From Calditrichaceae bacterium (GTDB lineage Bacteria; Calditrichota; Calditrichia; Calditrichales; Calditrichaceae): a stretch of 35,178 nt of DNA. The stretch is taken from positions 1-35,178 of the forward strand of contig JARRPN010000010.1 of assembly GCA_037382875.1 (NCBI GenBank), given 5' to 3'. The position numbers were made by a program, and so were the translations under genes. Each line of letters opens with the position of its first letter. Position 1 is the stretch's first letter. Shown here piece by piece: positions 1 to 7,354 of this stretch. The notes beneath the pieces were generated by a model. That model was given only the letters and a program-made list of their open reading frames with translations, had not been told where the DNA came from and did no database searches.

Positions 1-344
1 TTTATGAGCTTTACATGGTAAAGAGCGTTTCCCAGGATTAAAAAGTTTCGGTAGGTATAATCTCCCCAATATGGATATGTATCAGTGTGCGAGGAGTAAC
101 CAAGACTCATGCCCACCCCGAGACTTGTTGGGAAGTGTGGAATGCTCAAAAATCCTTCTTTTAGGCCATATTCACCACTTAACACAAAACCTGCCCCTGA
201 TCCATACACACCTACTAAAGCCAGTTTACCACCTAAAATGATATCATTTTTATGCAAATGCGGATTAGCCGGTCCATCCATAACGCCAGCCTGTGCCATA
301 TTGATTAGAAAAAAACTGATTGCAATAAATACAAAACGCTTCAT
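1..344 (-). CDS. secreted / outer-membrane beta-barrel-like protein, 5' part only (gene continues past the left edge)
   Basis: Absent from the supplied ORF track because it runs off the edge. The reverse-complement reading from ATG 344..342 stays open to base 1: MKRFVFIAISFFLINMAQAGVMDGPANPHLHKNDIILGGKLALVGVYGSGAGFVLSGEYGLKEGFLSIPHFPTSLGVGMSLGYSSHTDTYPYWGDYTYRNFLILGNALYHVKLI. It has a hydrophobic signal peptide ending AQA, followed by Gly/aromatic-rich alternating segments as in small OM beta-barrels. An AAGGAAG SD-like motif lies 5 nt upstream. The + strand track ORF 109..363 is its antisense shadow. Confidence 0.5.
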   Translation of the reverse strand, partial: MKRFVFIAISFFLINMAQAGVMDGPANPHLHKNDIILGGKLALVGVYGSGAGFVLSGEYGLKEGFLSIPHFPTSLGVGMSLGYSSHTDTYPYWGDYTYRNFLILGNALYHVKLI

Positions 345-561
345 TGTTACTTCCTTTCTTTAAGATTAATGATATCTAACAGAGGAACATATAAATTGTA
401 CGAATTATTTCACCAATTATTTTATATTACAAGAATCCAAAATATTGATCATTTTTAATTTTCAAAATGATCGGCGTCAATTTATGAAATTATTGTTATG
501 AAATACAGTTAAATATAAATAAATCGAAATACACAATCTTTAATTTAGGAAGGATTAATAA

Positions 562-1086
562 ATGGCTAAATTATCAGGAAAGAAAATATTGATGTTTGTT
601 GATAATATCTATGAAGATCTGGAGCTATGGTATCCGAAAATCCGCCTCATTGAAGCTGGCGCACAGGTTGTAGTTGCTGGACCGGAATCAGGTAAAATTT
701 ATAGTGGTAAACATGGTTATCCATGTAAAACAGATGCTGCTATATCAGATATGTCAGATGATTTTGACGGGCTGGTGCTGGCAGGAGGCTTTGCACCGGA
801 CCGGTTACGAAGAGATCTCAGGGTTCTGGATATAACAAGGAAAATGCATCAAGATGGTAAATTAATTGCGCATATCTGCCATGCTGGCTGGATTCCCATT
901 TCTGCCGGTATAATGAAAGGATTTAATTGTACCTCTACTCCTGGAATAAAAGATGACTTAGTTAATGCAGGTGCCAAATGGGTCGATAAAGCTGTTGTTG
1001 TTGACCGTAATATGATATCGAGTCGTAGACCGGATGATCTGCCCTTATATTGTAAAGCTATTATCGATTTTTTATCAAATAATTAA
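562..1086 (+). CDS. DJ-1/PfpI family protein (class I glutamine amidotransferase-like; PfpI-type protease/deglycase)
   Basis: 174-aa ORF with AGGAAGGA 7 nt upstream of the ATG. It has the DJ-1/PfpI layout, including LVLAGGFAPD and the nucleophile elbow AHICHAGW (Cys-His). The length is typical of the family. Confidence 0.85.
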   Translation: MAKLSGKKILMFVDNIYEDLELWYPKIRLIEAGAQVVVAGPESGKIYSGKHGYPCKTDAAISDMSDDFDGLVLAGGFAPDRLRRDLRVLDITRKMHQDGKLIAHICHAGWIPISAGIMKGFNCTSTPGIKDDLVNAGAKWVDKAVVVDRNMISSRRPDDLPLYCKAIIDFLSNN

Positions 1087-1087
1087 A

Positions 1088-2086
1088 TTAAGTCTTATTA
1101 TTAAGAATAGAATCAATCTGTTTTAGTTCTTCGTCACTTAACTTGAGATTATTTGTTGCATTAACACAATCTGTAATCTGTTCCGGATTACTTGCACCAA
1201 TTAATGCCGATGTTACTTCAGGTAATCGCAGAACCCAGGCAATTGCCAGCTGAGCAAGGCTTTGACCTCGTTTTTTTGCCAGTTCATTAAGTTTTTTAGC
1301 CTTATGTATTACTTCATCAGTAACCTGTGCTTTTGTTAAGAAACCGTGAATATTGGCAGCACGGGAGTCCTCCGGTATGCCACTGAGATATTTGCTGGTA
1401 AGCATTCCTTGTGCTAATGGTGAAAATACGATGCATCCAATACCTTCATGACCTAATACTTTTGTTAATCCATCTTCTATCCAGCGATTTAGCATACTAT
1501 AGGATGGTTGATGAATTAAACAGGGTGTGCCTAGTTCGTTTAATATTTTTACAGCTTTTTTAGTTTCTTCTGCATCATAGGATGAAATACCAATGTATAA
1601 GGCCCGCCCACTTCGAACAATATAATCCAATGCACCCATGGTTTCCTCCAATGGTGTTTCAGGATCAGGTCGATGATGATAGAAAATGTCAACATAATCC
1701 AAACCTAACCGATTAAGACTCTGATCCAGACTGGCGACAAGATATTTCCTGGATCCATAATCACCATAGGGTCCAGGCCACATACCCCAGCCGGCTTTAG
1801 TTGAAATAATCAATTCATCGCGATAATAATTAAAATCCTGTGCTAAAATATGTCCAAATGTTTTTTCCGCTGATCCGGCGGGTGGGCCGTAATTATTGGC
1901 CAAATCAAAATGGGTTATGCCCAGATCAAATGCGGTGTGTATCATTTCCCGGGCATTTTCCAGTGAACTAACACCCCCAAAATTATGCCATAAGCCCAAA
2001 GAAACAGCCGGTAGTTTAATACCACTCTTTCCGCATCGATTGTACGGTACATTATCATAACGTGACTTTTCAGGAACATAACTCAT
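1088..2086 (-). CDS. gpr: aldo/keto reductase, YghZ/Gpr-like (L-glyceraldehyde 3-phosphate reductase family)
   Basis: 332-aa ORF with AGGAGG SD upstream. It is colinear with E. coli YghZ as I recall it: CGKSGIKLPAVSLGLWHNFGG, DLGITHFDLANNYGPPAGSAE, RDELIISTKAG, GSRKYLVASLDQSLNRLGLDYVDIFYHHR, IHQPSYSMLNRW. It converges on the PfpI gene with a 1-nt gap. Confidence 0.88.
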   Translation of the reverse strand: MSYVPEKSRYDNVPYNRCGKSGIKLPAVSLGLWHNFGGVSSLENAREMIHTAFDLGITHFDLANNYGPPAGSAEKTFGHILAQDFNYYRDELIISTKAGWGMWPGPYGDYGSRKYLVASLDQSLNRLGLDYVDIFYHHRPDPETPLEETMGALDYIVRSGRALYIGISSYDAEETKKAVKILNELGTPCLIHQPSYSMLNRWIEDGLTKVLGHEGIGCIVFSPLAQGMLTSKYLSGIPEDSRAANIHGFLTKAQVTDEVIHKAKKLNELAKKRGQSLAQLAIAWVLRLPEVTSALIGASNPEQITDCVNATNNLKLSDEELKQIDSILNNKT

Positions 2087-2156
2087 TTATGACCTCCTTA
2101 ATAAAATTGGCTTGAACAAAGATATAAAAAAGAAATTGATATGTAAATTAGATTTT

Positions 2157-2207
2157 TATTTGAATAAAATTTTCTATTTAGCAAAAAAATGTTTACTTAT
2201 TCAAATA
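2157..2207. promoter_or_regulatory. 11-bp perfect inverted repeat in the divergent gpr/aceE control region (candidate operator pair or RNA hairpin)
   Basis: TATTTGAATAA (2157..2167) and TTATTCAAATA (2197..2207) are exact reverse complements separated by 29 nt. They lie inside the 323-nt spacer between the divergently transcribed gpr and aceE. No function is demonstrated. Confidence 0.3.
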
Positions 2208-2409
2208 TTACTTGGTAAATTGCCCAAATTGTGAAATTTAAATCAAAATTTTTGCGTTCCTCATGGTCTAAGTATATTTTAAGTTGAAGAGCTGTACTTG
2301 ATATTGTAGATATCGACATGTATTTTATTAAATTAAAATAGATTTAGCAGGCAAAGACCTGACATCATTAGGATTACGTGATAATAGTATAAATTGTATT
2401 GAGGTTAAA

Positions 2410-5099
2410 ATGAGTGACGAAAAAAATCAAACCTATTCAAATGAAGAAGTGGATTTAGAAACTAAAGAATGGCTTGAATCACTAGACTATGTGATAGAGC
2501 ATGGAGGGCCAGATCGGGTTAAAGAGCTCCTTTCTGAATTACAACAAAGAGTATATTCAGCGGGTATTCGTATGCCGTTTACGGCAAATACTCCATATAT
2601 TAATTCAATTCCTGTTGAGAATCAGCCGGCATATCCAGGCAGTCGCGAGATAGAACGACGAATCAAAAGTATTATTCGCTGGAACGCTATGGCCATGGTA
2701 GTACGTGCAAATCGTGTCGAAAACGGAATTGGAGGACATATTTCAACCTATGCATCGGCAGCTACGCTTTACGAAGTAGGATTCAACCATTTTTTCAGAG
2801 CACCTAAAGATGATTTTAATGGTGATATCATATATTTTCAGGGACATGCCTCTCCGGGAATTTATGCACGTTCTTTTCTTGAAGGCCGGTTAAGTATTCA
2901 GGATCTTAAGAATTTTCGTCATGAGGTGCATACCAGCGGACGTGGTCTACCGTCTTATCCGCATCCCTGGTTAATGCCGGATTATTGGCAATTTGCAACC
3001 GTATCTATGGGGCTTGGTCCGATTATGGCAATTTATAATGCCCGGTTTAACCGTTATCTTGAAGATCGGGGATTAAAGCCGGTTAACGATGAAAAAGTAT
3101 GGGCATTTCTTGGTGATGGTGAAACGGATGAACCGGAAGCCTTAGGTGCAATTTCACTGGCGGCAAGAGCTAATTTGGATAATCTGATTTTTGTAATTAA
3201 TTGTAATCTTCAACGTCTGGACGGACCCGTACGAGGCAACGGTAAAATCATACAGGAACTAGAAAAAGTTTTCCGAGGCGCAGGGTGGAATGTAATTAAA
3301 GTTGTATGGGGCAGTGACTGGGACTCTCTGTTAGCCCAGGATAAAGATGGCTTGCTTGTAAAACGCATGGGTGAGGTCGTCGATGGTGAATATCAGAATT
3401 ATGTGGTTAAAGGTGGTGCCCATTTGCGTAAACATTTCTGGGGAAAGTATCCTCAGTTATTGAAAATGGTTGAACACATGTCCGATGAGCAGTTAGCAAA
3501 ACTGCGGTTAGGTGGTCACGATCCGGAAAAAGTATATGCCGCTTTCAATGCAGCGGTGAATCATAAAGGATCGCCAACGGTTATTCTGGCAAGAACGGTA
3601 AAAGGCTATGGACTGGGTGAAGCCGGTGAGGGTAAAAACATTACACATCAGCAGAAAAAGTTGAATGAAGAAGAACTCAGACATTTCAGATCACGTTTTG
3701 GCATCCCTATATCTGATGAAGATATTGATACGGTTCCTTTTTATAAACCGGATAAAGACAGTCCGGAAATGAAATACCTGCATGAACAGCGTAAAAAATT
3801 ATTCGGTTATGTACCATCCCGCCGTATGAAAAGTGATCCAATTAAAAAACTGGATGAAAAGATATTTGATGAATTTTATGCTGGTACAGAAGATCGTGAA
3901 GTTGCAACGACCATGGTTTTTGTGAGAATTCTAGCAAAACTTTTGCGTGATAAAGAAATCGGAAAATTAATTGTTCCAATTGTTCCCGATGAAGCACGTA
4001 CATTTGGTATGGAGGCTTTATTCCGTCAGGTAGGGATTTATTCTAACGTGGGTCAGCTATATGAACCCGTGGATAGAGAAAGTCTGCTATATTATAAAGA
4101 AGCTAAAAATGGCCAGATACTGGAAGAAGGTATTACTGAATCCGGTTCAATGTCTTCCTACATTGCTGCAGGTACTGCCTACTCTACCCACAACGTCAAT
4201 ACTATTCCATTTTATGTATTTTATTCCATGTTTGGTTTGCAGCGTATTGGTGATCTGGTCTGGGCAGCAGGTGATATGCAGGCCCGCGGATTTTTACTTG
4301 GCGGTACGGCAGGCAGAACCACCTTAGCGGGCGAAGGGTTACAGCATCAGGATGGGAATAGCCATCTTTTGGCATATCCATATCCGAATCTAAAAGCGTA
4401 TGATCCGGCATTTGCTTATGAATTGGCTGTCATTATCCAGGATGGTATAAAACGCATGTACATTGATCAAGAAAGCATATTCTACTATATAACCGTGATG
4501 AATGAAAGTTATGCTCAGCCGGCTATGCCTAAAACAAAAGGGACGAAGGAAGGTATTATAAGGGCATGTATAAATTCAGTGCATCAAAGAAAAAATCACC
4601 AAAGGGACATGCGCAATTGTTAGGCAGCGGCTCAATTTTGAATAAAGTTTTGGCAGCCAGAGATATTCTTGAAAAAGATTACAATATTGCTGTTGATGTC
4701 TGGAGCGTTACAAGTTATAAAGAACTACATTATGAAGGGATTAAAGTCGAACGTGAAAACATGTTAAATCCTGGCAAACAGATAAAACTACCTTACGCTG
4801 CTGAAGTTTTAAAAGATGCTAAAGGTGTTTTTATTGCTGCATCAGATTATGTACGTGCCATACCGGAATCGATCGCGCGCTGGGTACCCGGTGAATTATT
4901 TACCCTTGGAACCGATGGATTTGGCCGCAGTGATGGGCGCAGGCATTTGCGTGAATTCTTTGAAGTCGATGAACGTTATATCGTTCTGGCAGCATTACAT
5001 CAATTAAAAAAAGAAGGCAAAATAAAAGCTGATGTAGTGAAAAAAGCAATCAAGGACATGGATATTAATCCTAAAAAAGCAGATCCGATTATTAGTTAG
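2410..5099 (+). pseudogene. aceE: pyruvate dehydrogenase E1 component, homodimeric type (AceE), interrupted as sequenced by a 1-nt frameshift
   Basis: Track ORFs 2410..4623 (737 aa) and 4566..5099 (177 aa) are jointly colinear with E. coli-type AceE (about 887 aa from memory). The first ORF ends QPAMPKTKGTKEGIIR, then runs into out-of-frame sequence. The second frame supplies GMYKFSAS...QLLGSGSIL...LGTDGFGRSD, matching AceE EGIRKGIYKL...QLLGSGSIL...GTDGFGRSD. Adding one G to the GGG run 4562..4564 joins the frames. Confidence 0.9.
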
Positions 5100-5153
5100 C
5101 AATTATGATAAAATACATTAAAGACTACGAATATATTTTAAAAGGAAATTATT

Positions 5154-6842
5154 ATGGCTGTGGAATTAAAACTACCTGAGTTAGGTGAAAATATTGAATC
5201 CGGACAGGTGGTTGGTATCCTGGTTAAAAAAGGCGATAAAATTGATAAAGATCAGGTTTTAATGGAATTGGAAACCGATAAAGCTGTTGTAGAGGTACCA
5301 GCGGAAAAAGCAGGTGTAATAGAAGAGATTAATGTGTCGGAAGGTGATGATGTAAAAGTCGGTCAGACACTGGTTACACTTAGCTCAGATGGAGCATCTG
5401 ATAAAAAGGGATCAAAAACAGAGGAAGACAAACAAAACGAACAGAAGGATAAAACGCAGGAAAAAGAATCCGAGCCTAAGAAAGAATCTCAGGAGAAAAC
5501 TGATGAGAATAAAGAGACGGAAGCGGCAAAAAAGTCAACAGGAAAAAAGAAAATAGTTGAATTTAAAATACCTGAACTTGGAGAAAATATCGAATCCGGA
5601 ACTGTGGTCAATGTTCTTGTAAAAGAGGGCGATTCTGTAAGTGCTGAACAGGGACTTGTTGAGCTGGAAACAGATAAAGCGGTAGCAGAAGTACCTTCTG
5701 AAATAGAGGGGATTGTTCAAGAGGTTCTAATTAAAGAGGGTGATCAGGTTGAAGTTGGACAGGTGATTATGAAAATTGAGACCAAGTCATCTGCCCCTGA
5801 ACAAGAATCCGTTTCTAAGCAAAAACAGAAGTCAGAAGAGAAGCAAATAGAAGAAAAACCGGAATCTAAGGTGCAATCAGATGAAAGGGAAACATCCCAA
5901 ACAGTTCAGTACAGCAAACCACGTGATCCCAATGCTCTGGTACCCGCGGCACCTTCTGTGAGACGATTTGCCCGGGAAATAGGTATTGATATTCATGAAG
6001 TTCCGGGATCCGGGCCTGCAGGACGAATCTCGGTTGAAGATATTAAACGGTACTCAAAATCGATAAATGCCCAAAGAAAAGCATCTCAAACGGTATTTAA
6101 AGGTTTTGAGGCTGAAGCCTTACCCGATTTTAGCAAATGGGGTGAAGTTAATCCTAAGCCAATGAATAAAGTTCGGGAAACCACCGCTAAACATTTAAGT
6201 TATGCCTGGGCTACAATTCCTCATGTTACACAACACGATAAAGCCGATGTAACTGAACTGGAGAAATTACGCAAAAAATTTAGCAAACGTGTTGAAGAAG
6301 CAGGTGGAAAACTTACCGTAACAGCGATTCTTATTAAAGTGATTGAATATGCTTTAAAGAAATTTCCACAGTTCAATGCCAGTGTGGATATGGTTAAGAA
6401 GGAAGTCATCTTTAAAAAGTACTACAATATTGGCATTGCAGCAGATACCGATAGAGGATTATTAGTTCCAGTTATTAAAAATGTAGATCAAAAAAATATT
6501 GTACAGATTTCTGTTGAATTGACTGAAATTTCAAAAAAAGCGCGAGATCGGAAGTTGTCCTTAGATGAAATGCAGGGTGGCAATTTTAGTATATCCAATC
6601 TTGGTGGGATAGGTGGTACAGCATTTACACCGGTTGTAAATTCGCCGGAAGTTGCTATTCTTGGTGTATCGCGTTCTGTAATCGAGCCCGTTTATATCGA
6701 TGATGATTTTAAACCACGACTTATGTTGCCAATGTCTTTATCCTACGATCATAGATTGATTGACGGGGCGGATGCAGCACGATTTCTTCGCTGGGTATGT
6801 GAGGCGCTTGAGCAGCCGTTTTTATTGAGCCTGGAGGGGTAA
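5154..6842 (+). CDS. aceF: dihydrolipoyllysine-residue acetyltransferase, PDH E2 component, two lipoyl domains
   Basis: 562 aa. It has two lipoyl domains (ELETDKAVVEVPAEKAG and ELETDKAVAEVPSEIEG) and an E3/E1-binding domain (PSVRRFAREIGIDIHEVPGSGPAGRISVEDI). The acyltransferase catalytic domain carries SYDHRLIDGADAARF. A GGAAA SD-like motif lies upstream. Confidence 0.95.
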   Translation: MAVELKLPELGENIESGQVVGILVKKGDKIDKDQVLMELETDKAVVEVPAEKAGVIEEINVSEGDDVKVGQTLVTLSSDGASDKKGSKTEEDKQNEQKDKTQEKESEPKKESQEKTDENKETEAAKKSTGKKKIVEFKIPELGENIESGTVVNVLVKEGDSVSAEQGLVELETDKAVAEVPSEIEGIVQEVLIKEGDQVEVGQVIMKIETKSSAPEQESVSKQKQKSEEKQIEEKPESKVQSDERETSQTVQYSKPRDPNALVPAAPSVRRFAREIGIDIHEVPGSGPAGRISVEDIKRYSKSINAQRKASQTVFKGFEAEALPDFSKWGEVNPKPMNKVRETTAKHLSYAWATIPHVTQHDKADVTELEKLRKKFSKRVEEAGGKLTVTAILIKVIEYALKKFPQFNASVDMVKKEVIFKKYYNIGIAADTDRGLLVPVIKNVDQKNIVQISVELTEISKKARDRKLSLDEMQGGNFSISNLGGIGGTAFTPVVNSPEVAILGVSRSVIEPVYIDDDFKPRLMLPMSLSYDHRLIDGADAARFLRWVCEALEQPFLLSLEG

Positions 6843-6850
6843 TTTCAAAA

Positions 6851-6872
6851 TCTTAATCCTAATCTCAATCTT
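6851..6872. repeat. left arm of the inverted repeat bracketing the four-helix-bundle ORF (hexamer-periodic AATCYY units)
   Basis: TCTTAATCCTAATCTCAATCTT pairs with 7302..7323 at 20 of 22 positions. Fifteen pairs are contiguous (6851..6865 with 7309..7323). The arm starts 9 nt after the aceF stop. Confidence 0.85.
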
Positions 6873-6886
6873 ATTCAGGATTAAAA

Positions 6887-7303
6887 ATGGCTAAATACTT
6901 TTTTGATCATGAAAAACTTAAAGTCTATCAAAAAGCCATAGAATTTGTAAATTGGTCAACAATTCTTCAGGATAAAATTAAATTAAAAGATCCTATTATT
7001 GATCAATTAAAACGGGCATCTTACTCTATTCCCTTGAACATTTCTGAAGGTAATGGAAGATTCTCTTCAAAAGATCGGTGTCATTTCTTTGATATAGCAA
7101 AAGGATCGGCCCTTGAGAGCAGCAGTTGTTTAGATATCATCAAAGTTAAGAAATTAACAGATACAGTTGATATTGCTGTTTGTAAGAAATTGTTATCTGA
7201 AATTGTATCTATGTTAGTGGGATTGATAAAAAGTAATTCTAATAGAGTGTATGAACTTGAACAAAATTATTCAATTGAAACTACTCGAGATTTAGAGGAT
7301 TAA
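6887..7303 (+). CDS. four-helix-bundle protein, 23S rRNA intervening-sequence protein / Avd-like family (Pfam 23S_rRNA_IVP, TIGR02436)
   Basis: 138 aa. The family signature is recognisable: LKVYQKAIEFV...IIDQLKRASYSIPLNISEGNGRFSSKDRCHFFDIAKGSALESSSCLDI. Compare the consensus pattern QLxRAxxSIxxNIAEGxGRxSxKExxxFxxIAxGSxxE. AGGA lies 6 nt upstream of the ATG. The ORF fills the aceF-lpdA spacer. Confidence 0.85.
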   Translation: MAKYFFDHEKLKVYQKAIEFVNWSTILQDKIKLKDPIIDQLKRASYSIPLNISEGNGRFSSKDRCHFFDIAKGSALESSSCLDIIKVKKLTDTVDIAVCKKLLSEIVSMLVGLIKSNSNRVYELEQNYSIETTRDLED

Positions 7304-7323
7304 GACTAAGATTAGGATTAAGA
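7302..7323. repeat. right arm of the inverted repeat bracketing the four-helix-bundle ORF (hexamer-periodic GAYTAR units)
   Basis: AAGACTAAGATTAGGATTAAGA is the reverse complement of 6851..6872 with 2 mismatches. It begins inside the ORF stop codon (7301..7303). Confidence 0.85.
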
Positions 7324-7354
7324 ATATTCATAGGAGTTCTAGGGAGTTTAAAAA

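Noticed and set aside
109-363. Track ORF of 84 aa on the + strand.
   Set aside because: It is the antisense shadow of the better-supported - strand gene 1..344, which has a signal peptide and an SD. The translation is Pro/Lys/Cys-rich with no recognisable features and no SD.
447-472. 9-bp inverted repeat GATCATTTT / AAAATGATC with an 8-nt loop in the spacer upstream of the PfpI gene.
   Set aside because: It is almost entirely A/T and short. Repeats of this size are expected by chance in the AT-rich intergenic DNA of this window, and I have no supporting context.
4533-4623. Programmed -1 ribosomal frameshifting as the explanation for the split genes (aceE shown; the same question applies to the 11351..11420, 23546..23561 and 27664..27673 sites).
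   Set aside because: I see no X XXY YYZ slippery heptamer at any of the constrained sites and no shared sequence motif among them. I noticed no downstream stimulatory structure. None of these gene families is known to use recoding. Sequence error or mutation is the simpler explanation.
6887-7303. The four-helix-bundle protein could be the Avd accessory gene of a diversity-generating retroelement.
   Set aside because: There is no reverse transcriptase ORF anywhere in the window. I could not find a template/variable repeat pair near it. The gene sits inside the PDH operon.
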